From contig JAYZHZ010000001.1 in the NCBI GenBank assembly GCA_036166035.1, forward strand, positions 1 to 37,826: a DNA stretch of 37,826 nt, in the 5' to 3' direction. Each line of letters opens with the position of its first letter. The first letter of the stretch is position 1. Of the stretch, positions 24,469 through 32,593 are shown piece after piece. The translations under genes were made by a program, and so were the position numbers. The stretch is from Bacteroidota bacterium (lineage in GTDB: Bacteria; Bacteroidota; Bacteroidia; Cytophagales; MED-G16). The notes under the pieces are model-generated. The model searched no databases. It was not told where the DNA came from and saw only the letters and a program-made list of their open reading frames with translations.

Positions 24469-27111
24469 CTAGTAAACAATAGTTACTGTTCCCCTATAAT
24501 CAGATTTAGTATATTTTATGTAATAAAAATAAACACCAGGAGATAAATCACTTCCATCCCATTTGAAATTTTTATCATATGATTTATATACTTCAATTCC
24601 AGTTCTGTCAACAAATACTATTGATTCAAAATTATCATCACATGCATCAACAGGTAAATTTTGATTAGGATTATTTAAACTCGTTAAAGTAAAGCTATCA
24701 TTAATGCCATCCCCATCTGGACTAAATGCATTAGGTGGGTTAAAAATTCCCCAATCAGTATCAGGTTTTTCCAATAAAAATTTAATCTGCTTCGTAGTCT
24801 CTGAAAAAAACGGACAACTATTATCAGTAACTTTAAATGTAAGATTATATGCCTTTGGAGAAAAATCTTCCTGTAAAAATTCACATGTAGGGCTCCATAT
24901 AAGTTTACTTGTTACTTGACCAACCCCAGAGGATTGTTCAAAACTAAATTGTCCAGGAAGTCCACTAGATATTAATTCCAATAAAATAAGATCATTATCA
25001 GAATCAGTTGCATTTATATCAATTTCAAACGGTTTATTGACAGTCATATTATATTCACTTTCATTAGTAATAATAGGGTCTGCATTTTCATCAATATTTA
25101 TTTTAATGATTAGTTGAATTGTATCAGCATTCGATTCTTGACAAAAGTCAACATCTTCTGTAATGAAATTTATTTTATATTCATTAGTATTGTTATAAGG
25201 GAAGTTTACACATTCAAAATCAATTGCAAAATTTCCTTCGATATGACCAGGAGAAGAGTTTCCAGCTGCAAACCCAGCATTTATATCAGCAAGTTCAAAA
25301 CCAATACCATAAGCATTAAGTGTTAGGGTATCATTATCAATATCATCAGAAAATAACTGTAAAGAATAGGCACCAGAAAGATCAGTTTCAACTTCAATGA
25401 TTGAAAAATTAGGTCTTGAATCTACAGAATCAGTTATTTCTTTATCAGCAGTTAGTTTAGGTCCTGTATTTACTGGTAATTCTACGGTAAGATCATAATA
25501 GATTGTATCCTGATTTAATTGATCACATGTATCTAAATCATCTAATACCACTCCCAACATGAAATTTGATTTGTCCTTATAATCATATTGTCTACAATTA
25601 GTATCAAATGTTAATTGTCCAGAGATTGAACCTGCACCACTTTCAGAAGCATTAAATGAAATTCCATAATCTGCTAAATCATATTCCGGTTTTTCAGGAA
25701 CTATAAAATAATCTAAACTAAGACTATCTAAATCAGAATCCATTCCTTCAATTAAAGTTGTATAATTTGAATTCCAAGGAACAGAAACATAGTTTGTATC
25801 ATCTACATTCAAGAAGTAAGGATCACTGTTTGTTGGAGGCTCTACTATTATAGTAACTGTAACTGTATCCCTCTGAGGTAGCGGACATGCATCATCAGCT
25901 GCTATTAGATTAATCAAATAAGGTTCATTCTGAATATAAGGACAATCAGAGACACAAACTTCTACTTTAAGAGTATCTCCAGCGGCATTAATTGAACCCT
26001 CACTAAATGAAAAAATATCAGATAAATCACTGCCTTCTTTACCAAAATTTACTCCTTCGGCAGTTAATGTGACATCCGTACCCACATCATCAGTGACAAA
26101 AAGATCGAAACATTTAGGAACAGATGCTACATATATTATAGTATCATCTTCTTTATAGTAGTCAAGCTGACCAGGTACTTTAACAAGTGCCTCAGGAGGA
26201 TCTGGAGGATCACAACCATCAACCACTAACATCTGAAAATCTCTTCGAGCCTCTCCTATTTTCATTCCGTCTCTATATTCTTCTGCCTTAACAGAAAAAA
26301 CATAAAGTCCAGTTGCCGTAGGAGTTACAGTAATAAATCCATCATTTGAAATTGATAAGGATGGGTTTCCCGGAACCATACTTGCCACATCAAATCCTGG
26401 CGCAAAATCTACAATTGGGTGAGGAGGAGGTTGAGGATCTGGAACAGGATCAATATTATCATTATTGGGTTGACTATCATCTAAAGGAGCAGCAAGGGAA
26501 TAAACTATTGAGTCTCCATCATCATCAGTTCCGGCAAAATCAATATAAAACAATTGATTTATACATGCATAATCACTTAATGGAGGGAAAAGTCTCGGGG
26601 ATGAATTCACAAATGGTTTACCAGAAGCATCAACAACAGGAGGGAAATGAAGTGTATATGTCATGCCATTCCATCCTGGATCGACCAGATTTGCAGTTGC
26701 CCAGTTTCTACAGCATCTCTCCCATACTATAACGTAACCATCGGGATCATTGAAATCTTCTGGATCAAGAGTTATTTCATGAGAATATTCTACTTTAAGT
26801 GTACAAAGAAAACCAAGAGCACAATCTGGGTTTGTATAAGGAACAAATTCCTGATTGGTTACAAACATTGAGCCATTTCTCATTGGGGCACCATCTGATT
26901 TACGAAAAATGGTGTATGTTATAACATTATCTGGTCCTGGGTTAGCAGTTTGGGCACAATCAAAATACTGAATAAGACTAACTTGATATCTAAATGAATT
27001 TTCATCTCCAATATGAATTAACTCTATTTCTCCACCAACAATATGATTTGCATACAAATTATATGATGAAAAGAAAATTAATAAAAAGAATATTTTAAAT
27101 AGTCTGATCAT
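24469..27111 (-). CDS. large secreted adhesin-like protein with T9SS type-B (gliding-motility-associated) C-terminal sorting domain
   Basis: Signal peptide, Cys-rich N-terminal 'HIVGGEIELIHIG...YFDC' module, and multiple Ig-like repeats. The C-terminus 'PNAFSPDGDGINDSFTL...DRTGIEVYKS...KWDGSDLSPGVYFYYIKY...GTVTIVY' is the type-B CTD. Confidence 0.85.
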   Translation of the reverse strand: MIRLFKIFFLLIFFSSYNLYANHIVGGEIELIHIGDENSFRYQVSLIQYFDCAQTANPGPDNVITYTIFRKSDGAPMRNGSMFVTNQEFVPYTNPDCALGFLCTLKVEYSHEITLDPEDFNDPDGYVIVWERCCRNWATANLVDPGWNGMTYTLHFPPVVDASGKPFVNSSPRLFPPLSDYACINQLFYIDFAGTDDDGDSIVYSLAAPLDDSQPNNDNIDPVPDPQPPPHPIVDFAPGFDVASMVPGNPSLSISNDGFITVTPTATGLYVFSVKAEEYRDGMKIGEARRDFQMLVVDGCDPPDPPEALVKVPGQLDYYKEDDTIIYVASVPKCFDLFVTDDVGTDVTLTAEGVNFGKEGSDLSDIFSFSEGSINAAGDTLKVEVCVSDCPYIQNEPYLINLIAADDACPLPQRDTVTVTIIVEPPTNSDPYFLNVDDTNYVSVPWNSNYTTLIEGMDSDLDSLSLDYFIVPEKPEYDLADYGISFNASESGAGSISGQLTFDTNCRQYDYKDKSNFMLGVVLDDLDTCDQLNQDTIYYDLTVELPVNTGPKLTADKEITDSVDSRPNFSIIEVETDLSGAYSLQLFSDDIDNDTLTLNAYGIGFELADINAGFAAGNSSPGHIEGNFAIDFECVNFPYNNTNEYKINFITEDVDFCQESNADTIQLIIKINIDENADPIITNESEYNMTVNKPFEIDINATDSDNDLILLELISSGLPGQFSFEQSSGVGQVTSKLIWSPTCEFLQEDFSPKAYNLTFKVTDNSCPFFSETTKQIKFLLEKPDTDWGIFNPPNAFSPDGDGINDSFTLTSLNNPNQNLPVDACDDNFESIVFVDRTGIEVYKSYDKNFKWDGSDLSPGVYFYYIKYTKSDYRGTVTIVY

Positions 27112-27118
27112 AAATTTG
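27111..27118 (+). promoter_or_regulatory. candidate -7 promoter element (TAAATTTG) for the 122-aa ORF / mscS string
   Basis: Exact TAnnTTTG 25 nt upstream of the ATG at 27143. Confidence 0.3.
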
Positions 27119-27142
27119 GCATAAATATAGTAAGTTTATTCC

Positions 27143-27511
27143 ATGGAGAATAAAGATAATGATTTAGATTATAAAGAGATAGGAATAATCACCTCAGATT
27201 TTGTAAAAGTATCGGATCAGTTAAAATTAACCTGTTCAAAAATTATCACTAATAATTTTTCAAAATTTCCCATAATTATAATGAGTATGGATGAAATTTC
27301 AATTGGCACTTTATTAATTAGCAACGGTGAATTATTAGATAATAAATGGAAATATTATGCTAGTTACCTTGAATTGTTAACTGAAAAAAAAATCATTAGT
27401 AACTCAAAAAAATTTATAAAAAACTATAAGAATTCAAATGAATTTTGTTGCTTACTTGTAATTTTTAATAATAATTCGAAGATAATTTATATACCTTATC
27501 CCGAAGATTAA
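27143..27511 (+). CDS. hypothetical 122-aa cytoplasmic protein
   Basis: ATG ORF filling the gap ahead of mscS. There is no TM segment and no recognised motif. Confidence 0.5.
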   Translation: MENKDNDLDYKEIGIITSDFVKVSDQLKLTCSKIITNNFSKFPIIIMSMDEISIGTLLISNGELLDNKWKYYASYLELLTEKKIISNSKKFIKNYKNSNEFCCLLVIFNNNSKIIYIPYPED

Positions 27512-27513
27512 AT

Positions 27514-27521
27514 TAAATTTG
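27514..27521 (+). promoter_or_regulatory. candidate -7 element (TAAATTTG) abutting the mscS ATG
   Basis: Exact TAnnTTTG ending 4 nt before the ATG at 27526, which would give an essentially leaderless transcript. Confidence 0.25.
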
Positions 27522-27525
27522 TATA

Positions 27526-28344
27526 ATGAACGATATTTTAAGTCCAGAAAACTATTCTTTCCTGTTCAATTTGATAATTGAGTATGCGCCAAGAATAGTA
27601 TTGGGAATTTTATTTCTTTTTATTGGATTAAGGATAATCAAAAGATCAATTCGTCTACTAGAGAATTTCTTAATAAAGAGAAAAATCGATGAATCATTAA
27701 TCCCTTTCCTTGGTTCATTATTGTCAATAATCCTTCAAATAGCTCTTATAATCTCTGTTCTATCAATGCTTGGTGTAGAAATGACATCTTTCCTAGCAAT
27801 ACTTGGTGCGGCTGGACTAGCTGTTGGTCTTGCTTTAAAAGACACACTTCAAAACTTTGCTGCAGGTGTAATGATTCTATTTTTCAAACCATTTAAAGTT
27901 GGAGATTTTATTGAATATGAAGGAACACAAGGGACAGTAAGAGAAATTCAAATTTTCAATTCAATATTAACAACTATTGATAATAAGAGGGTAATTATAC
28001 CCAATGGAATTCTTCAAACATCAATGGTTACTAATTTTTCTTCAGAAGATAGGAGAAGAATAATTTGGACTTTCTCAATTGCTTATGGTGATGATTTCAA
28101 TAAAGCTAAAAACCTACTTTTAAAATGGATTAAAGAAGACCAAAGGATACTAAATGATCAAGAACCAATGGTTGTATTATCAGAATTAGCTGATAGTTCT
28201 GTAAATATAATGGTTAGAGTATGGGTTAAATCTGAAAATTTTCGTGGTGTAAAATTTGATTTTAATGAAAAGGTATACAATGAATTTCCTAAAAATGGTT
28301 TAAGTATACCATTCCCTCAACTTGATGTCAATCTAAGTAAATGA
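27526..28344 (+). CDS. small-conductance mechanosensitive channel (MscS family)
   Basis: Three N-terminal TMs, 'FKPFKVGDFIEYEGTQGTVREIQIFNSILTTIDNKRVIIPNG' and 'VTNFS'. Confidence 0.88.
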   Translation: MNDILSPENYSFLFNLIIEYAPRIVLGILFLFIGLRIIKRSIRLLENFLIKRKIDESLIPFLGSLLSIILQIALIISVLSMLGVEMTSFLAILGAAGLAVGLALKDTLQNFAAGVMILFFKPFKVGDFIEYEGTQGTVREIQIFNSILTTIDNKRVIIPNGILQTSMVTNFSSEDRRRIIWTFSIAYGDDFNKAKNLLLKWIKEDQRILNDQEPMVVLSELADSSVNIMVRVWVKSENFRGVKFDFNEKVYNEFPKNGLSIPFPQLDVNLSK

Positions 28345-28793
28345 AAAAAATTCTATTTTTTATTTTTTCTACTGTAATAGTAGTGAATGGATGTAATTCT
28401 CAAAATAATAAAGAAGAAAACTGGTCGGAAAAATTAACAAAAGAACAATTTCATATATTAAGAGAGAAAGGAACAGAAAGGGCATTTACTGGTAAATATT
28501 GGAATAATAAAAAAGAAGGGGAATATAAATGTGCTGGTTGTGGACAAAATTTATTTTCATCGGAAACAAAATTTGATTCTGGAACCGGTTGGCCATGTTT
28601 CTTTGATGTTGAGGACAAAAAATACATTAATTTTTTAGAAGATAATAGGTATGGGATGAAACGAATTGAAGTAATATGCTCAAATTGCGAAGGACATCTT
28701 GGGCATATTTTTAATGATGGTCCTGCACCAACGGGATTAAGATACTGCATTAACTCAGCATCGCTACAATTCACTGAAAAGAAAAATAAATGA
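28341..28793 (+). CDS. msrB: peptide-methionine (R)-S-oxide reductase with lipoprotein signal peptide
   Basis: 'GTERAFTGKYW', Zn motifs 'CAGCGQ' and 'CSNCEGHLGHIF', 'GWPCF', and the catalytic 'GLRYCINSASL'. The N-terminus 'MKKILFFIFSTVIVVNGC' is an SPII lipobox. Confidence 0.92.
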   Translation: MKKILFFIFSTVIVVNGCNSQNNKEENWSEKLTKEQFHILREKGTERAFTGKYWNNKKEGEYKCAGCGQNLFSSETKFDSGTGWPCFFDVEDKKYINFLEDNRYGMKRIEVICSNCEGHLGHIFNDGPAPTGLRYCINSASLQFTEKKNK

Positions 28794-29158
28794 AAGATAT
28801 TTTTTTAGTAGGAATTGGTGGTATGATTGGATCAATAATGAGATACATTATTTCAAAAAATTTATCTGGGTTATTATCTTCTTTTCCTTTTGGAATATTC
28901 TTTATAAATATTTCTGGCTGTTTTTTGGCAGGTATATTACTTAAATATATTTTAGGAATAGATAAAGAATACAGTACTTACCTTAATTTATTTCTTGTTA
29001 TAGGTTTTTGTGGTGGATTCACAACTTTTTCTGCCTTTTCAATTGATTCTGTAAATTTATTAAATGAGAATAAAATAATAATGCTAATAAGCTATGGATT
29101 ACTTAGTTCTGTTATTGGGATATTGTTTTGTTATTTAGGGATGAATATTATTAAATGA
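28790..29158 (+). CDS. crcB: fluoride ion channel CrcB/FluC
   Basis: 122 aa with 4 TM: 'GIGGMIGSIMRY', 'INISGCFLAG' and 'GFCGGFTTFSAF'. Confidence 0.9.
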   Translation: MKDIFLVGIGGMIGSIMRYIISKNLSGLLSSFPFGIFFINISGCFLAGILLKYILGIDKEYSTYLNLFLVIGFCGGFTTFSAFSIDSVNLLNENKIIMLISYGLLSSVIGILFCYLGMNIIK

Positions 29159-30576
29159 GCTTAAATATAGAAATGAACAAAAATGATCTTTTAGAAATAT
29201 ATCAAAAAATATATTCCAATCACCATGGTATTAAAAATTCATCATCAAGAGATAGAATAAAAAAATTAAAAAAACTTAAAAAAAACATTTTATTACATTC
29301 AGATGAAATAAAAAAAGCATTATTTAAGGATTTTAAAAAACATCCTAGCGAAGTAGATATTACTGAGATTTACCCTGTAACTTCTGAAATCAATCATAAT
29401 ATTAAGAATATAAGCAAGTGGATGAAAGACGAGATTGTAAAGACTCCAATTACTCTAATTGGTTCTAAATCCTACATTAAATATGAGCCAAAAGGCACAG
29501 TATTAATTATAACCCCATGGAATTTTCCTATAAACTTAACTTTTGTATCGTTAGTTAATGCTATTTCTGCTGGTAATTCAGTCATAATTAAACCATCAGA
29601 AATAACCAATTATACCTCAATTGTTATTAAAAAAATTATTGATAAAACCTTTAACAATAATGAAGTTGCTACTGTATTAGGTGGTCCAAATACAGCAAAA
29701 TTGTTATTAGAATTAAAATTCAATCATATTTTATTTATTGGGTCTCCTACTATCGGTAAACTAGTAATGGAATCAGCATCTAAATTTTTATCATCAATTA
29801 CTTTAGAACTTGGTGGTAAATCCCCAACGATAATTGATGAAAAGTGCAATTTAAAGAATGCAGCTAAAAGAGTTGCATGGGCAAAATTTTTAAATAATGG
29901 TCAAGTATGTATTGCTCCAGATTATCTATTAATAAATTCTAAAATAAAAGATAAGTTTCTAAATATGCTAGCTCAAAATATAGATAATCTATATACCAAT
30001 AAATCACATGCTTCTAAAAGTTATTGTAGAATAGTAAATAAAAAACATTTTAATAGATTAAAAAATTTGTTAGATGATGCTACTGAAAAAGGTGGTAAAA
30101 TTTATTACGGAGGTAAAACAGAGGATAGCGATAATTATATAGAACCAACAATCATAGAAAACATAAATGATAAATCTAAAGTCCATAAAGAAGAAATTTT
30201 TGGTCCAATTTTACCAATATACACATATGAATCAATAGAAGATGCTATAACATTTATCAATAAAAAAGAAAAACCTCTTGCCCTTTATATATTTAGTTCA
30301 AATAAAAACAATATTAACAAAATACTTAATAATACATCTTCAGGTGGTGTATGTATAAACCATAGTACACTTCACTATTCTAATTATCATCTACCTTTTG
30401 GAGGAATAAATAATAGTGGAACAGGAAGATGCCATGGTGTATATGGGTTTAAAGAATTTTCTAATAAAAAAAGTGTTTTTAATCAACTAATTAGTAAAAG
30501 TCCAACTGATTTACTAGTTCCGCCTTACAATGATTTTAAAAGAAAAATTATAGATGTACTAATAAAATATTTCTAA
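29155..30576 (+). CDS. NAD(P)-dependent aldehyde dehydrogenase, class-3 (fatty/aromatic aldehyde) type
   Basis: 'ITPWNFP', 'KPSE', 'LELGGKSP', 'NGQVCIAPDY' (catalytic Cys), 'EEIFGPILPI' and 'PFGGINNSGTGRCHG'. Confidence 0.9.
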   Translation: MSLNIEMNKNDLLEIYQKIYSNHHGIKNSSSRDRIKKLKKLKKNILLHSDEIKKALFKDFKKHPSEVDITEIYPVTSEINHNIKNISKWMKDEIVKTPITLIGSKSYIKYEPKGTVLIITPWNFPINLTFVSLVNAISAGNSVIIKPSEITNYTSIVIKKIIDKTFNNNEVATVLGGPNTAKLLLELKFNHILFIGSPTIGKLVMESASKFLSSITLELGGKSPTIIDEKCNLKNAAKRVAWAKFLNNGQVCIAPDYLLINSKIKDKFLNMLAQNIDNLYTNKSHASKSYCRIVNKKHFNRLKNLLDDATEKGGKIYYGGKTEDSDNYIEPTIIENINDKSKVHKEEIFGPILPIYTYESIEDAITFINKKEKPLALYIFSSNKNNINKILNNTSSGGVCINHSTLHYSNYHLPFGGINNSGTGRCHGVYGFKEFSNKKSVFNQLISKSPTDLLVPPYNDFKRKIIDVLIKYF

Positions 30577-31019
30577 TAATTATCTCTTATATTTCTTTCT
30601 GTATCTCTTTTTTTAATATCTTCTCTCTTATCATGGGTTTTCTTGCCTTTCCCAAGTCCAATCTCAATTTTAGCAAATCCCCTATCATTTACAAATAATT
30701 TTGTGGGAATTATAGAAAGCTTCTTTTCAAATACTTTTTTCTTTATCTGTTTAATTTCTTTATTACTTAATAATAGTTTTCTCACTCTATCCGTTTCGTG
30801 ATTATTTAAATTACCAAACGAATATTCTGAAATATTCATTCCCTTAACAAATAATTCATCATTTTCAATAACACAGAATGAATTTGATAATGTGACTGAT
30901 CCATTTCTAATAGATTTAATTTCCGTACCTAAAAGAACTAATCCAGCTATATATTTATCTAAAATTTCGTAGTTAAAAAAAGCCTTTCTATTTTTAATTA
31001 AAACTTCTTTAGTTACCAT
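30573..31019 (-). CDS. smpB: SsrA-binding protein
   Basis: 'NRKAFFNYEI...GLVLLGTEIKSIR...HETDRVRKLLL...PTKLF.NDRG.AKIEIGLGKGKK.HDKRE'. Confidence 0.93.
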   Translation of the reverse strand: MVTKEVLIKNRKAFFNYEILDKYIAGLVLLGTEIKSIRNGSVTLSNSFCVIENDELFVKGMNISEYSFGNLNNHETDRVRKLLLSNKEIKQIKKKVFEKKLSIIPTKLFVNDRGFAKIEIGLGKGKKTHDKREDIKKRDTERNIRDNY

Positions 31020-31027
31020 TCTTAAAA

Positions 31028-32026
31028 TTATATTCTTGAAAAAGGAACAACATCAATATTTGAAAAATTATCATCCATAAACATATAATATGCATAGTTT
31101 GCAATCATCGCGGCATTATCAGTACAATATTCCATTTTAGGAAAATAAATATTCCAATTATGTACCCTTGAAAAATTATGCAATTCACTTCTTAAATAGG
31201 AATTAGCAGCAACTCCCCCGCCAATAGCTACCTCAGATATTTCATATTTTTTAGAAGCTTTCAATAATTTTTCTAAAAGCATATAAACAAGTTTTTTTTG
31301 TATTGAAGCAGCAATATCGTTAATATTTTCACTAACAAAATCCATATTTTTTTTACTTTCTTCATTTATGAAATATAAAAAAGAAGTTTTAATTCCACTA
31401 AACGAAAAATCCAATTCGGGGATTTTGGTATCAGGAAATAAAAACTTATCTCCTTTTCCTTTTTTAGATAATTTATCTATAAATGGACCTCCTGGATAAT
31501 CTAAACCCAAAATCTTAGCACATTTGTCAAAAGCCTCTCCAACTGCATCATCCCTAGTCTCTCCAACCACTTTTATATTATTATATGACTTTACTAATAC
31601 AATTTGCGTATGTCCTCCACTCACAATAAGTGATAAAAAAGGATATTTAATATTTGACTTATTTATTGTATGCGATAAAGAGTGTGCATTTATATGGTTT
31701 ACCGCTATTAAAGGTATATTTAATCCATATGCAAAAGATTTTGCAAAAGTTGATCCAACAAGAAGAGACCCAAGTAAACCAGGACCATTTGTAAATGCAA
31801 CTGCATTAAGATCTTCTTTTTTATATCCAGATTTAATTAAAGCTGAATCTACTATATAAATCAGACTTTTTTGATGACTTCTTGATGCAATTTCAGGCAC
31901 AACACCTCCTAATTTTGCATGATCAATTTGTGATGAAATTATATTACTTTTTATTATTCCATTAGAAATAACAGCAGCACAAGTATCATCACAAGAAGTT
32001 TCAATAGCAAGTATTGTTAAACACAT
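31028..32026 (-). CDS. tsaD: tRNA N6-adenosine threonylcarbamoyltransferase
   Basis: 'ILAIETSCDDTCAAV', 'GGVVPEIASRSH', 'AVNHINAH', 'LIVSGGHTQ' and 'GEAFDKCAKILGL.YPGGP'. The ATG at 32026 (MCLTIL) is preferred over the TTG at 32032. Confidence 0.92.
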   Translation of the reverse strand: MCLTILAIETSCDDTCAAVISNGIIKSNIISSQIDHAKLGGVVPEIASRSHQKSLIYIVDSALIKSGYKKEDLNAVAFTNGPGLLGSLLVGSTFAKSFAYGLNIPLIAVNHINAHSLSHTINKSNIKYPFLSLIVSGGHTQIVLVKSYNNIKVVGETRDDAVGEAFDKCAKILGLDYPGGPFIDKLSKKGKGDKFLFPDTKIPELDFSFSGIKTSFLYFINEESKKNMDFVSENINDIAASIQKKLVYMLLEKLLKASKKYEISEVAIGGGVAANSYLRSELHNFSRVHNWNIYFPKMEYCTDNAAMIANYAYYMFMDDNFSNIDVVPFSRI

Positions 32027-32029
32027 ATA

Positions 32030-32037
32030 CAAAAATA
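32030..32037 (-). promoter_or_regulatory. candidate -7 element (TATTTTTG) abutting the tsaD ATG
   Basis: Exact TAnnTTTG on the minus strand, whose G lies 3 nt before the ATG at 32026. It is back-to-back (4-nt spacer) with the rnpB element. Confidence 0.3.
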
Positions 32038-32041
32038 TATA

Positions 32042-32049
32042 TACTTTTG
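32042..32049 (+). promoter_or_regulatory. candidate -7 promoter element (TACTTTTG) for rnpB
   Basis: Exact TAnnTTTG ending 3 nt before the first base of the P1 helix (32052). Confidence 0.45.
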
Positions 32050-32051
32050 CG

Positions 32052-32403
32052 ATGTAAGTCGTCTTATCGCTTCATATTTTGAAGAGGAAAGTCCGGACAA
32101 TACAGAGCATTATACTTCTTAACAGGAAGGTCTCTAATGAGAACAGATAGTGCAACAGAAAATATACCGCCGATTAAGGTAAGGGTGAAAAGGTAAGGTA
32201 AGAGCTTACCGGTTAAATAGTGATATTTAACGCTTTGAAAACCTTATAAATTGAAAGATCAAGCAATTCAACAGTATTATATACATGTAGTTGCTCGCTA
32301 TAGTTTGAATGGGTAGATCGATTGAACTTAGTAGTAATATTAAGTCTAGATAAATGATAAGAATCTGAATTTCAGATACAGAACCCGGCTTATAGACTTA
32401 CAT
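32052..32403 (+). ncRNA. rnpB: RNase P RNA, bacterial type A
   Basis: ORF-free 560-nt gap. P1 pairing ATGTAAGTC (32052-32060) with GACTTACAT (32395-32403). P4 5' strand 'GAGGAAAGTCCGGAC'. 'ACAGAAAATATACCGCC' and 'GGTAAGGGTGAAAAGGTAAGGTAAGAGCTTACC' are present. P4 3' strand 'ACAGAACCCGGCTTA', followed by TTTTTATT. Confidence 0.93.
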
Positions 32404-32530
32404 TTTTATTGGTGTTCTCAAACTTATTTTCAATTTGATAGTCTTCTATATCAATTGAAGAATAAGTAGGACATAGCTTTCTTTCACATGATGAGAAAAG
32501 AATTATTAAGAATATTAGTAACTTTTTCAC
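32390..32530 (-). CDS. candidate 46-aa small lipoprotein (below ORF-track cutoff)
   Basis: Manual translation from the GTG at 32530: VKKLLIFLIILFSSCERKLCPTYSSIDIEDYQIENKFENTNKNVSL*. It has a classic n-h-lipobox (LFSSC). An in-frame stop at 32563-32561 leaves the GTG as the first possible start. The stop lies 14 nt inside the rnpB 3' end. Confidence 0.35.
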   Translation of the reverse strand: MKKLLIFLIILFSSCERKLCPTYSSIDIEDYQIENKFENTNKNVSL

Positions 32531-32593
32531 TTTACAATATCTACGTAAAGATACTAAACTTTATTAATTTATTAATAATCTAATTTATTTGGT

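Noticed and set aside
24684-26871. ORFs 24684..24884, 24704..24919, 25114..25326, 26346..26732 and 26647..26871 within the adhesin gene.
   Set aside because: They are alternative-frame or antisense shadows of the 880-aa T9SS cargo gene. The 128-aa one is Q/H/L-rich with no recognisable features.
28451-31859. ORFs 28451..28774 (antisense msrB) and 31524..31859 (antisense tsaD).
   Set aside because: They are shadows of highly conserved genes.
30573-32593. tmRNA (ssrA) near smpB.
   Set aside because: The only long non-coding stretch nearby carries the RNase P P4/CR motifs and has no tRNA-Ala-like acceptor or tag ORF. It is rnpB.
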